Below, one piece after another: positions 36,873-51,024 of a stretch of DNA of 64,000 nt. Source of the stretch: the human T2T-CHM13v2.0 reference genome, Homo sapiens; NCBI RefSeq assembly GCF_009914755.1, contig NC_060937.1; one strand, 5' to 3'. A program made the position numbers and the translations under genes. The notes beneath the pieces are model-generated. The model was not told the DNA's origin. It worked only from the letters and a program-made list of their open reading frames with translations, and made no database searches. Every line of letters starts with the position of its first letter. The first letter of the stretch is position 1.

Positions 36873-37367
36873 ACCCCCCACCCCACCACCACCAAAAATA
36901 TATATATATATATATTTTTACTGACCACTTTGAGTTCCTCATACCTCTAAGTCAACGGATAAGAAGGGAGTTACAGTGCTGGCTGGGGTGATTGACCCAG
37001 ACTATCAAGATGAAATCAAACTATTACTTCACAGTGGAGATAAGGAAGAGTATGTCTGGAATACAGGAGATCCCTTAGGACATCTCTTGGCATTACCCTG
37101 TAATTAAGGTCAATGGGAAACTACAACAACCCAATCCAGGCAGAGCTACAAATTGCCCAGATCCTTTAGGAATGATGGTTTGGGTCACTCCACCAGGTAA
37201 AAAACCACAACCAGCTGAGGTGCTTGCTGAAGACAAAGGGAATACAGAATGGGTAGTAGAAGAAAGTCATTATCAATACCAGCTATGACCATGTGAGCAG
37301 TTACAGACATGAGGACTGTAATCGTCATGAGTATTTCCTCCTTATTTTGCTAAGAATACATTGATGT

Positions 37368-37715
<348 letters not shown>

Positions 37716-37950
37716 TTATTTCCTTTCTCATTTCTTTATCTTGTAACATAAAGTTTATTGACTACATATCAGCATTTAAATGTTGTTAATTTTAGGTAAT
37801 AGTATTTAAGGACTAGCAAGTTTTTGGTTGTATGAAGGATAGTTGTATTATGTTAGGTGGAATTATAACCTTGTTATTGGCTTTATTTGGAGATTAAGAA
37901 TGATTTAAGGAGATGTCTATGGGTGCCAAGTTGACAAGGGGTGGGTGGAC

Positions 37951-39296
37951 TAGTAATTGTTAATATTAGATGTCAACTTCACTGCACTGAGGAATACCTA
38001 GATGGCTGATGAAACATTGTTTCTGGGTATGTCTATAAAGGTGTTGCTAGAGGAGATTGACATTTGAGTTGGTGTACTGGGAGAGGAAGGCTTGCTCCCA
38101 GTGTGGGTGGGCACCATCCAACTGGTTGCCAGTGCACTGTCGACAAAAATAGTCAAACTGTAAAATATTTGAAGAGATTCATTCCGAGCCAAATATGAGT
38201 GACCACGGCCCATGACATAGCCCACAGGTGGCCCTAAGAACATGTGTCCAAGGTGGTCGGGGCACAGCTTGATTTTATACATTTTAAGGAGGGATGAGAC
38301 ATCAATCAAATACATTTAAGAAATACATTGGTTTGGTGCAGAAAGGTGGGACAACTCAAAGCGGCAGGGGATGTGAGGTGGGTGCTTACAGGCTATAGGT
38401 AAATTTAAATATTTCCTGGTTGACGGTTGAGTTTGCCTACCTGGGATGATAGAAAGGAAATGCAGGTTAAGATAAAAGATTGTGGAGACCAAGGTTCTTT
38501 TGAAGTCTTATAGTGGCTGCCATTAGAGACAATAAATGACAAGTATTTCCTGTTCAGACCTTTAAAAGGTGCTAGACTCTTAATCTCTTCAGGATTGGGA
38601 GGGCCTGGAAGAAAAAGATCTGGCTGTGTTAACAGAGAGTCTTTACAGATGCGAGTTTTCCCCAACAGATTGGAGGGCCATTTCAAAATATGGCAAAGAG
38701 GCATGTTTTGGGGTAAAACATTTTGACGTTCTTCTTTGTCACATAATGTTATGCCAGAGTCAGATTGGAAAGTAAGTCACGATATATAGGGTTAAATAAA
38801 ACCTATCTGATGAGAATTTATGGTTTGTAGGGCATAACTCCCCAGACCCCTTTAGATAGCAATTTGGGCAAGATAAAAAAAAATCAGAGTATAGTCCTCA
38901 GTGGCTAGAACAAGACAGGTAGAAGAAGGGGGATAAGTTTGCTCGCTGAGTTTCCTTGTTCTTTCTTTTCCTTTGCTGGACACTTTGCTTCTTCTCCTCC
39001 TGCCCTTGGAAATCAGACTCCAGGTTCTTCAGACTTTGAACTCTTGCACTAGCAGTCTTGTATGGGCTCTCGGGGCCTTCAGCTGCAGATTGAAGGCTGC
39101 ACTGTCAGCTTCCCTGGTTTTGAGGCTTTCAGACTTGGACTGAGCCACTACTGGCTTCTCTCTTTCCCCAGTCCGCAAATGGCCTGTCATGGGACTTCAC
39201 CTTGTAATCATGTAAGCCAATTCTCCCTACTAAACTCCCTGTTATGTATACATATATCCTATTGGTTCTGTCCCTCTGGAGAACCCTGACTAATAA
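37951..39296 (+). mobile_element. MLT2B-like 3' LTR split by MER4E
   Basis: Starts after the purine tract and ends cctattggttctgtccctctggagaaccctgactaata. Confidence 0.9.
38138..38900 (-). mobile_element. MER4E-like ERV1 solo LTR
   Basis: Reverse complement begins TGAGGACTA..CTCTGATTTTTTTTTATCTTGCCC and ends ..GACA. Confidence 0.85.
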
Positions 39297-40549
39297 CCTG
39301 AGGTGGTTGGAGGCTTTCCCTGGATGGAAAAAGTCATCTCCACCATCTTCCACTCACTGGATTACTTACCAATTCACTGTGCAGGAAATTTTGGTTTTCT
39401 GAATATGTCATGTTTCTTAGTACAGATTATGGGAGTTTTTCTGGATTCTACAATTTATAATACCACCATATTCCATGGCAATACAATTTTAAAAAAACAA
39501 GTAAGGGAAAATAAAAACTTGCTTAATTATATATTTTTAAAGACATTTTGAGGTGGGCAGATGAAAAAAACAAAAACTTCTGCACAAACAAATGTCTAGT
39601 AAGAACTTAGGAGGCCCTAAAATAAGTGACACACAATGAGACTCCATCTGCAATTAATATGCTGAGGTCATTCTCTGAATAATGTATTTTTTACAAGGAT
39701 TTTGTTGACATTTAAGATAAATGAGGTTATTGGGGTCTTCTTTTGGTACTAAATTATCCTGGATTGCACGGTCACAGTGTAGAAGCAATACACTTAGCTC
39801 GGTTTTTTTGATTCTCCTCTCTTGAACTTTGTTTTGTGGGAATTCCGAAGTTGCTCTTGAGAGTTAAACTTTTTTTTTTTTCTCTTGCACAAGGGAATAA
39901 ACCCAAGTACAGCCTTTGGGGCAAATAGTGGACTTTTTGTTCTCCCATTGAAGGCCTCTGGGATTGGTGGCTGATCAATCACTCCTGGTCCGATCCACAG
40001 ACAAAAGCCCTTCTGATTGGCTGTCACTGGGTCAGGTTCCCACCCTGCCTTATCTCTGTCGCACCCTTGTAGGCTAACAATAAGACTGGGTGTAGGGCGT
40101 GTTAGTTTAGAGAGATAGTGTGGCTTAGACTGAGTCTGCCCGGTACCTGCTAAGGTCTGTATTTTACTCTAGTGATGTCAAGTGAGACAAGAGCTGGAAA
40201 AGCACTTTCCGAAGACAAAAGTTCTACGTATGGTGGAGGATACAGCAAACAAGAACGAATGCTGTCTATGGATAGGACTAGTGTGATTTTAGAAACTCAT
40301 ATGCTATAAGCTGAAGAATTTGAGGAAATCCTTTTTCAGGCTACTTTAATTGATGTCTTTGTGAACATAACTTTTACACGATGAGCATGCAAAAAGTGTG
40401 GGTTACTGCATCTAAGAATTGAGCTATATTAAGGTAAAAGGTTCACCTGGCTTACAAAATGATAGAGAAGAGTAGTTAGCTGATAAATGTGTAACTTTTG
40501 CATTTGCTAAGAAAGAATGCAGACTCCAAATAGAGCACATTTGAGATGT

Positions 40550-40850
40550 GCCCCAACCATTGTATTTAAAAGGGGAGGAAATCGAAATTCAAGAGGTTGA
40601 GAAACTTGTTTTATGCCACGTAGAAAGTTTGTGGCAGAACCATATTATAAACTCAGATCTTCGAACTCCTGGTTGCCATGAAAGGAGTACCAGCCCAGTT
40701 ATCTGAGACCTGGATTCAAGTCCTGGCTGTACAGCTTACAGTGTGTCACAAAAGCTTTCTAATCCTACATTACAGAAATAAGTAATCTACTTTGTCTGCT
40801 TCCCAGGGTGGCTATAAGGATAATATTTACCAAAGTATTTTGCCAAGAGT
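40550..40850. mobile_element. MIR fragments
   Basis: gaggaaatcgaa..agaggttgagaaacttg; gagacctggattcaagtcctggct..cagggtgg. Confidence 0.6.
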
Positions 40851-41479
40851 TATATAAGTGCAGAGTTATGTTGCTTAATTCAAAGTATAATCATTTGATA
40901 TCACCTATCTGATAAGGCCAACTTTGTAAACAATAAAATCATGGCAATGAAAACCTATTTTGTCATTTTCTTTTACCCCTTGGAGTCTGGCAATAGTACT
41001 GGCAGATGCTGTGTATAATAAAGCTGATTTATCAAAGAGTGTAATTTGTGAAATTCAAATGTACTTGTGACGACAGTTTGCTTTAAAAAATCTTGCTTTC
41101 AAAGAAAATATGCAAATAGACCATAATCCAAAATTAATGTTCTTCATTAATGTTTTTCATGTCATGGATAATGACTTTCCTTTTAAAATGATAAAGGAGG
41201 TAAATAATTTCTTGCTTGACAGAAAATATTCTGCATTACCAAATCACAAATTTTGCCCTGATTTCAGGTCCAGACTCAAATCAGTGTAAATTTTCCAGGA
41301 CTTTACCACATTCATCATTGATGTCTATTCTAGTTCTTTGTAAACCCACCATAAGTTTATTGAAAAACTACTATAGAGTAATCCTTGTCCTTTTCAAACA
41401 TTTAGATAGACAACATTTACCATGTCACTATTTTCACAGGCTTGGCAAAGATATGCTTTAGAATTGTAAGTATTGTCAT

Positions 41480-41712
41480 ACAGAGATTTATTGAGTTGAA
41501 ATTCATATGATGTGAAATCAACCATTTTAAAGTGTACAATTCAGTGGCATTAAGTACATCACAATGTTAGGCAACCACATGTCTATAATTTCAAAACATT
41601 TTCATCTCCCCAAAAGAAATCCATTACCCATTAAACAGTCACTCTCCAATCTACTTTCCACCATCCCCCTGGAAATCACCTATCTCTTCTCTGTCTCTAT
41701 GGATTTACCTAT
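41480..41712 (-). mobile_element. L1MB/ME 3' fragment
   Basis: tttattgag..accattttaaagtgtacaattcagtggcatt..tctgtctctatggatttacctat. Confidence 0.8.
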
Positions 41713-42225
41713 ATGATCCCATCTTATTGGCTTATATTGTTATGTCTAGCAATTTCTTCTTTAACTTCATACTGGTTCTGAGAAAGATGGTCAGTTTGTA
41801 TTTTCATTTGTGGCTACAAAATGGAAGTAGAATTAAAAAGATGGTAATTGACTTGCCACAGTCCACTCAGAGAGGCATTGGCTGACAGTCCCAGAAATGT
41901 AATAGACCATGACAGATTACTTGTGTACTCACCAAGGAGAGGATTACAGGTTAGCCTCTGTCTCCTTATTCAGACTAGCCAATATCAGAATGTGTTACTG
42001 AGTCCCTAGCTTGAATAGGATGGGTAACAATGTTCGTTCATTCATTCATTCATTCTTTCAACAAAGAATGAGTGCCTAGGATGTGTAAGTTCCTGGGCTA
42101 TATATTACAGATGACTGTTGTGTGCATTGCAAATCACAGTTCCTAAAGGTAGATAGTTTTACAAGCACTCGTTCTTGTGAACCATGACATGTTAAATAAA
42201 TATGTTCTTAGGGATCCTTTAATTC

Positions 42226-42265
42226 ACACACTCACACACACACATACACGCACACGCATACACAC
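42226..42265. repeat. Imperfect (CA)n
   Basis: Seen directly in sequence. Confidence 0.85.
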
Positions 42266-43924
42266 TTGTTTGTTAACATTTGAAAATCAAAGCTCTTTTA
42301 GCTGGACTAGCGGTTTTCTTCCCTAAAAAGGCTTTGTGAATGTCTAGTAACACAACCTGAGTGTACACAGAGAACTCATTTCTTGTTCTTTCTGACCATA
42401 GATGGGTGCTCCTTAATGCCTGATTTAGTTGTTGATTGGACTAGTCAACCTGTTTAGGTACTGTTTAAAAGCCTCTTCATCAAGAGATCTGCAAATGTGG
42501 GTTTATAGAACTTCACCGTTGTCTCCGACTGAAACAGGGCCCTTGATGCCGTGATGTCTAGCCAGGCCTCTTCTGTATGTGTCACGCATGTGTGGGCATA
42601 AGATGTGATGTAAACAGAATGGTAGGTTTCAAAATGAGGAAAATGGGAGGACCTGGGCAGACCATTGGTGCTGCTGTAAAAAATCATTTTTGGCATGAAT
42701 TTGGGTTTAATTTAACCCATTCTTTGTTAAAAGAAATCAAATTATTCAAGGAACTAGGACCTGGGAACCTCCGCCTCTCCCCTGAATATCATGGTCAGTC
42801 CGGGCCTTCATGATAACAAGTTTCAGGTTATTCTATTGAAACGCAAGGGACCAAAGAGTGTTTGTTATCTGTTGCCTTTCAAAGGCCTCTAAGCAGTGAA
42901 ATACTATCTGAGAGAAAGAGACACAAGACCAGACTAGCAGGTGTTGATCCAAAAAGAGGTGAAAACATTCTCAGCACAAACTTACAGCCAGTGTGAATTT
43001 ATTTTTGTGCCTCCAGGTAGGGAATGCCTAACAAATAGAATATTATCTACTTTTTAGTCTTATGGAAGATGTTTAAGAATTTTATGGTACGCATGCTGAA
43101 ACAATTACATATCATAATATTGAATTCTATCATATAACAGAGGAAAGATAACACCAAGGTTAATATCAAAATTAATAATTTGTAAGTTAAGAAATTTTCA
43201 CTTACAATTAAGAAATTTGCTGCTATATGGTTCTTCACGGAGTTTTTTATTGTTGAGCTATTGCCTGTCCTTTGGATGAAAGGGTTCACGTTCTTTTTTG
43301 TTTGCCAGGGCAAAGACTGCTGTTTGACCTTGGGAAGGAGTAAAGGAAAAGATTTCATGGCTGTTCTTGTTTGCTATATTTTCCACTGAGCCCTGGTGGC
43401 CATATCAAGATTCTGCTTCAGACGTGATTAGTTTTCCCCAAAGAGTTCTAAGCTTTGAAGACATTTGCATTATGCAAAGAAAAATATTTCTCTAGAGGAA
43501 TTCTACCTATCCATTCCTCACTGGTAATCCATATCCTCCTTCTCTTTCAAAATTTAAAAAAATTAAAAAATCTGTTTTCTTCAGGAAGCCTCCACAATTT
43601 AACGTAACGTACTGTGTAGTCTTATAAAATGCCACATAGAATTCATTTGTGTGACATGAATTCCTGATCTTGATGGTAACTTCTTTGGAGAATATTGTTT
43701 CGACTTTTCCAATCACACAGTTGGCTGCTTAGAATGAAGAGGGTCCTTCCCAAAAGCTGGGGTCAAAGAGGGATCTGGTCATGCAGGGAATGCTCAATGA
43801 GTATTGACTGGCTCACCTCAAGGCTGGTATATTTCCTGCTTTCACGCCTCTTCTTACATTTACAACATGTGTGACAATGATTTTTTAAAAGTCATTAAAG
43901 TAATGATTTTTTTCAAAGTCATTG

Positions 43925-44082
43925 AAGGAGGGAGAGAGAAGGAAAAGGAGAGACAGAGAAAGAGAAGGAGAAAGCGAGAGAAGAAGAGAGTAGGAGAGGA
44001 GGAAGAGAAAAGGAAGAGGATGAGAGAGGAAGGGGAAGAGGAAGAGAGGAAGGGGAGGAGGAGAGGAAGAGGAGGGTGAAAG
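43925..44082. repeat. GA-rich polypurine low-complexity tract
   Basis: ~150 bp almost entirely G/A. Confidence 0.9.
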
Positions 44083-44484
44083 ATTATCTTTACACATTAG
44101 TCCCTGTGCTGCCCTATGGAAATATTCAATCACCTTACACTTTTGATGTGAGACAATAACTGATCACAACTGATCCAACTACAGTGAGAAGGAAGGGTGG
44201 TGGGTTTATCTACAAGTAATTTCATTAAAGCATTACAGTCTACAGAAGCCCTGGAATCTTGAATAAGTAAAAGAAAGCAAATAAAGAAAGGGAAAAAGAT
44301 GTCAAACAGATCCTATTGCCTCAGCACAGAGGGACTGAAAATACCTAATACCCCAGGTCCCCAAACCTACAGTTTCCTGAGTTGTTTGGCCTTTTTCAAT
44401 CTCTCTTACTTTTCACGATTCCTTCAGCTAAAGAGTCTTTGCACAAGCCCGTCTGAATGGCTCTGACCCTTTCTCTTTAGTTAA

Positions 44485-44940
44485 ATTCATTTCAGTTCAT
44501 TCACTTAATAAACATTCATGGAGTTTTGAACTTGATGCCAGACACAGTTTCAGGCCTTAAGGATAATGTGACAAGGGGGACAGCAGGATCTGCTTTTGTG
44601 GGACTTAAATCCCAGTAAGCAGGAACAGACAATAAATACAATATATGTGTGACTGTTTGTCTGCTTAACTACTGTCTTCAAATTTTAGCTTGAGCCTCAA
44701 CTTCCTCTGGGAGGTCTTCCTTGAAAATTGCTTCCAGATGCTAGATGTCAAATTCTTCCATTAAAAGTTCCTGTATCGTAATTTTACATATGTTTGTGTG
44801 ATTATTTGATTAACGCCTGTATCCTCCACTGCCTATGGAAATGCATGAGGACAGTGATTTTGTCCTTGTTCCTACCAGATTCCCAGCATTAATTACTGGC
44901 ACATAGTAAGCACTCAATAAATACTTTTTGAATGAATATA
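44485..44940. mobile_element. Two L2 3'-end fragments in opposite orientation
   Basis: ttcattcacttaataaacatt..tgccagacac; and ggcacatagtaagcactcaataaata..tgaatgaat. Confidence 0.75.
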
Positions 44941-46431
44941 TGGGCAAGTGAGAAGGTACACAAGGAGCATACATCCAGACATTTAATAGAATTCCCAGAC
45001 TGGCTTTAAACTTCCAGGGAGAAGCAGTATGTAAGACACTTTTCCCAAATACCTTAATCAACTACAAATGTAGCTGACATTAGTAGAAATTCAAGTGAAA
45101 CAAAATGAAGGAGGCCGGGTAGGCAGTTGGGAAGTACTGACAGGTCAGTGGTACACCTAAGAGGAGAAAAAGATAGCTGTTAAGGGAGGTGGAGATTTCC
45201 AAAACTAAGTCATCTTCCACCTGGTTACCAAAATCTAGCCAGATCATTAGCAATTCTCTCCAGGACTTGGGCAGATTCCTTCTTTGGAATTGCTAGAACA
45301 GCTTTGAAAATGATTTTCCAATGAATTTGATACATAAAAGTGGCCCTGATTTACTTTACCTCCTAATTCAACAGCATCCCCAAATCTTATTGCCTTGAGA
45401 GGTCAAATCTGTTTTCAAATGGGACTACCTTAAACACATAGAAACTTAGATTCTGTTTGGAATTTGGACTCACTTCTCTACCTTATTTGGTACACAAAGT
45501 CAGTGTGGGTTTATAGTAGTAGCATTTTATGTCCCCTTAGCACACTGCTGTGGGGAACTCTTGAGGAAGTGGTGGTTAGCAGTGGAATGATAATGCATAT
45601 TATGTCAACTGACTTCTGCTGGAGTAATATTTGTAATGCTGGATAGAGTATAATATCTGTGAAGATTGTTACCACACGTACACTTTGTTTTTAAAAAATA
45701 ATACTGGAAACTTTACTTTTTAAAAGCCTAACTAACTCTATATCTCTCAAGTATGCCTCTGACCATAATGATCCTCTTCGCCTACTCAGTAAAAGGAGAA
45801 TGGAACTAACATTTCTTATGTGCAATTATGTGCTGAGAGATAAATACTGTTTCCATTTTGTTTTGGGGACACTTATACCTGAAATGGACTTAGAGAGTCT
45901 AAGAACCTTGCCTAAAGAGATAGCAATCAATATCAGAGCTAAGCTTTAAGTAAACCCTAGATAATCTGAGTTTTTTTCTGAATAAGATGGCATCTCTGAA
46001 ATCTTACTGTATATAAATTGTTACAGGCATTGTGTCTTGAATAACTAATGATTTTTGTCATGACAAAGAATTAGACAATAACTGGATACTTTCAACAAGA
46101 AAGATGTAAGGATTCTTCTTGTTGTTTGTTTTTATGGCTATGCTGAATTTGGGATTTTCTTCTTATAAAATTATTTTTGTAATTATACAGATAAAAGACC
46201 ATATCATAAAATGAGATAAAGACATGAAGATGCTTTAAAATTAAAAGAAGTCTATTGTTATTAGTACTGTACTTTAGGTTTAGATAATATAAGTATCAAC
46301 AGAAAAATAAAAACATACTGGAAATTCAATATAACGTGTTATTGTTTTTGTTGTTTTCTATTGTTTATCTAAGAGAAGATACATCAGGCTTCACAAATCA
46401 GGGGTTTTCTGGAGATATCAAAAATCATCCC

Positions 46432-46570
46432 CCAAAATGATAATGATGTGAGGTGATGAATACGTTAATTTGCTTTACTTAATCATTGCACTGTATATAA
46501 ATGAACATTACATTGTGTGCCATGCATCTATACAATTTTCACTTGTCAATTAAAAATAAATTTAAAAAAA
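46432..46570 (+). mobile_element. L1MA/MB 3' end
   Basis: atgtgaggtgatgaatacgttaatttgc..tatacaatttt..gtcaattaaaaataaa. Confidence 0.75.
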
Positions 46571-49421
46571 GACCTTTCTTCAGATATTATTAGTGAGGTG
46601 GTCCCTCCTCATGACTCTTAAGGAAAATTAAGGACAAAACAAGCAAATATAACAACATTTCCAATAGAAACCTGAGAATGTGGTTCATATGCCCCCAAAT
46701 CTCTCTATAATTCTAGCCAAATACTTTTTTTCCGGTTATCTCTCTTCAAACTTTATGTTTAATAAAGAAAATTTATCTTTTTTTTCCTCCTTTTTTCTTT
46801 GGTTTTTGGTGTCTTAAATAATGCCAGACAATTCGGTTTGTTCTAGCAGTCACTTGATTCAACAGCTGTGATAATGAATAAAAAAAAGAACAGTGTAGGT
46901 AAATGAACTTACAAAAATGTCAAATTTATTAGATTGGACAAATCACTGACCTACATTTCAAGTCCTGAAGATTAAAGTTGTACTCTGGTGTGAGGTCATG
47001 AAACTCTCAAGTTAAAGGTATAAGAGACTTTTTTTTTCCCAACAAGTAAACAAAAACATTTTTTCTCACCTTGCTCAGGGTAAGATTTTATTTCTGTTAT
47101 TAATGCTAAGCTATTTCTATTATATATAATATATATAATATAAATATAGTATATAATATTTCTATAATAGCTTAGGTACTTTTGACTTAATGAAAGATTC
47201 GGAAACAAAACTTATTTTGGATTTATTTTTGCCTGACATGAATCATTTCTTATTTTTTCCTGTAGTTGGAATTCACTTCATGAAATGTGTTAGTCTGCTT
47301 ATTTCTGAGGAGGCTTGTGTTAAAATGGAACCAAACATGCTATGTGTTGATACGCTCCAAATATTCATTACCAGGTACACACAGGTACTCAGGCTCGCTC
47401 CACGAGACTGTTAATTTCACTAGTTGAGGGAATTTTAATCTCCGAGATTGACCTCTTTCAGAAACAAAGGGGGAGGGAGAGAGAGAAAGAAAAAGTACAC
47501 ACCTGCAACCTATTTCTTTTTGAAGCAAAGCCTTTGAGCAGATGGAAGATGAGATAGAGAGAGAAAACAGGCCAATTGCCAAGAGAGGTTTGTTTACAAT
47601 ACAGGCAAGTTCCTTCAGAAGTTGATAGAGAGCTGTTGTCATGGAAATGAAGGGAAATATTGCTGCAGGGTTCCACAGAACAAATTCCTACTACAAATAT
47701 ACCTGGATTTAAAGGTGACGGAGATGGGAAGGGGGGCAAAGAGCTTCCTGAAAAAGTTTTAAGTAATGCTTTTCTGCATATCTTTGAGGTGTTCCTCAGA
47801 ACCTGAGAATTCCTTGCCTTGTGGTATGCAAAATAGGCAATCAAAATAAACGTTGCCGTTCTTTCTGTATTACATGGAATTCCTAACAAGAATAAGAGAA
47901 TTAGTGTTCAAGTGAGAAGTCAACAGTACATGTATCTCAATTCTGGAACATTGACTATTGTTTAAAAGACTTCTGAGAAGTACACTATTATTGTTAAAAA
48001 CATACCAAAAAGATGTTTTTTTTTTTAAATCCCTACTGCAGTAACACAGGTAAAGTGCCTACACCATAAGGTACTACAAAACACTGTTTTCAGTGTACAA
48101 ATATCAACCTTTAACAAATTAAATAGAATCTATTCCCCCGCCTTGCCCTCCACAAAAACAAAAACAACCCCTCAATTTATAATTTATTGCCTGCTTCAAA
48201 ATCTAGTCTTTGCTTTAACTTTGACCACTATGACTTTCTACTGTTTTTAAAAGAAAATCTTTTCACAAATTAGTTTTTTGAAATGTAAATTGTTTTGTGG
48301 ACAAAAGTTAGTCCTGCAAATCTTCAGCTTTACAAATTCCTTATTAGGAAGTGCTTAGTAAGCTATTTTCTGGCTTTTCTCCTTTCTCCAACAGTTCCAG
48401 CAGAGGATGATGTCATTTTTCCCTTTTCCTGTTCCACCTCCCACCCTTTTATCCCACTAAGTTTCTTGTTAGGCTTTAATTGAACACAGCAACACCTGTG
48501 TTTCTTTACTGGACTTCAAACTACTATTTCCAATCCATTTCTTCAGCTGCTTACAGGGTTGTTTTCATTAACAACAGATAATTAGCAACTTCACACAGAT
48601 TGAGGAAAACAATCTAGAAGCCTATAGAAGCTTCTGTGGCCTGTTGCTCATATTAAATTAAGTGTAGATGCTAATGATCAAGACTTGACATTGTTTATTA
48701 GATATTGTAGCACAGGGTTATAAAAAAAAAAAGCAGGAAGAAACCAAGTTGGGAAATTGGATTTCTCTTGTTGACTCTGGCATTAACTAGCTGGATAACT
48801 CAGACAACTGGCCTAACCTACTCTAGTTTTACATTTCTTAACTCCATCAATCACGTGTTGAAATGGTTAATACCTTTAGTCCTTTGTAATTTTATTATTT
48901 TGTAAGAATTATATTGAATTCATATAATCATTTCCTATTTGCAATATGGCGCATAAACTTCTAGAAACTGTAAAACAATCATTATATCTTTTTTTCTTTT
49001 CTCATTCCTGTTCCCTTTATCATCTCCACACACCAGCATCCTCCCTTTCTTACTCACATGTTGTCTCACCATATGATACAAAGGAAACCAGTCAACGCTG
49101 TCTGAACAATATTATGCCATCTGGTAGGATTTCCATCCCACTCACTTCTCTATTGCTATAATTCTCCTCATATATACTTGGGGGAATTCTCCCTAGACAG
49201 CATCTTCAAAAGCTGCATATTCAGATTTACCTCTAAAGGTTTACCTGGGCTTTTCACCTTCATTATTCATTAAGACCACTAGAAGATGTGAAGACTTACG
49301 CAAAAGAACCAAAAGAGACGAGAGGATACTTTCTTAGAGATGTTCGGTTTTTCAGCTTGGGCAAGGGGAGATTCAGTTTTAAATATTGATTGTGTCTCTT
49401 AAAAGCTGTATGACCTGGCAC

Positions 49422-49482
49422 CAGGTCATTCTAAAACACAGGTCCTCGTTCTAAAACACAGGTCCGCATTCTAAAACACAGG
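49422..49482. repeat. 3 x 20-bp tandem repeat (TTCTAAAACACAGG core) in a MIR remnant
   Basis: ctaaaacaca at 49431, 49451 and 49471. Confidence 0.9.
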
Positions 49483-50409
49483 GACATAAATAGTACTCAC
49501 CTAGCTTGGCTGTTTAAATTAGTTAACACATGGATAATGTTTATAGCAGTGTCTGGCAAAAAACAAAATGTCACCTAGTGTTAGCTTAATTACTGGGGAA
49601 GGAAAGATTCTCAGAGATCCATAGATACTTTTTCTGATAATTTTCAACTTATTTCCAATGTTGCTAGATCTTTTCCTACTTTATAATATTTTTTATCTTT
49701 GTTGATCATTGTTTGTTTTCCTCACTTCTTTATTTTACCTCCAGGTTATACATTTTATATTCTACCTAAATCAATCTTAATTCAAGGAGAATCATTTTCC
49801 CATTCTTTTATTATCATAGGCTTCTGATAAGAGAAGGAAAGTAATTAGCTCATCTTACTTCAAGGAAATATATTGCCCACTTAAAGGCAATTAGTAGTTC
49901 TGTGGTCCAGGAAAACAGGATATTGATTTTTTTTTGTTTGATCCAGTGGAGTAGTTGACATGTTTATGTTTTATTCTGCATTGCAGAAACTTGGAAGTGG
50001 GGACCCAGTTTTATAAGTAAGGCCTTGTTTGTGTATAATGGAACATTATTCACCTAGTAGGAACTCATTTAGGACATGTTTGTTAATGGTTTTTCTTGTC
50101 TTAAAATAAAGGATTCTGAAACACGTTCCAAGTAAGATTGATGATTTTTAAAAGCAGCAGCAAGAGGAAAGGTGGAGGATGAGAAGCTGTTTCTAACCCC
50201 CTTCTCTTCTGAATCCTCTCTCTTGGCTTTATTACTGCTTCTACTCTCAGTTGACGGTGTTAGTAATTTACAGATGGGCCTACTGATTTTTTAAAAAGAG
50301 AATTCAAGAAGGCCTCGACCTCTTTGCAACACCTATATTTAAAAAAAAATAACTATCCCATATTTTGGAAGAATAACATGTTAGCTCTTTAACGCAGTCT
50401 AAGATAGCA

Positions 50410-50562
50410 TGTTGGGACAGCCTTGAACTTCATTCTCTATGCCTCAATTTCCTCATCTGTAAAATACTAATAATAGGACTATCTTATTTATGAAGAATTA
50501 ACTGTGTTTGTCAGCCAATGATAATAATGCTTGTCATAAAGTAAGGGCTGACAAAATGTAGC
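50410..50562 (+). mobile_element. MIR core
   Basis: tgcctcaatttcctcatctgtaaaat. Confidence 0.75.
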
Positions 50563-51024
50563 TGTGCCGATTATTCTCTTCTATATGTTATTCTGCAGCT
50601 ATGGTTTATGGGTGCAAGAGGTAGTTACTTATCCCCTCCCTGGAATCTTTCTGTGGAATGTCTATTGTGACCCCATTATTCATTTCTGTTTGGATGGTTG
50701 GCCTCTTGGTTACAAGCATGTACATTATGGCTCTCTCCTTGCCTGGAACTGGATATGAGAAATGCTTGAATTAAGATCTGTGAATTATCTTATTTTCTTG
50801 GTAAAGTGGGATTGATTTTATTCCAAATAATATTTGTTTGTTTTCTAAGAGAGGAAACTTCTGGCCTCAGTTTCCTTAGATAGGTTTGAATCTTGCTTGG
50901 TGTTTTTAATCACTGAAGAGAGATTGAGTTTATTTCTCTGGAACAGATTTTGGTTTATATTCTGAAGTTTTAATTTCATTTGGAAGCTGTAGGCTGAATG
51001 ATTATCACTTTATAGTAAGTGTAT

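Noticed and set aside
39955-40030. Paired CCAAT (ATTGG) boxes as a promoter
   Set aside because: No CpG island, and the context resembles a decayed LTR remnant.
43804-44133. Charged E/R/K-rich ORFs (also 62422-62776)
   Set aside because: Translations of polypurine low-complexity tracts.
49422-49482. CRISPR-like repeat-spacer array
   Set aside because: Eukaryotic context, only 3 units, 6-bp related spacers; this is a simple tandem repeat.
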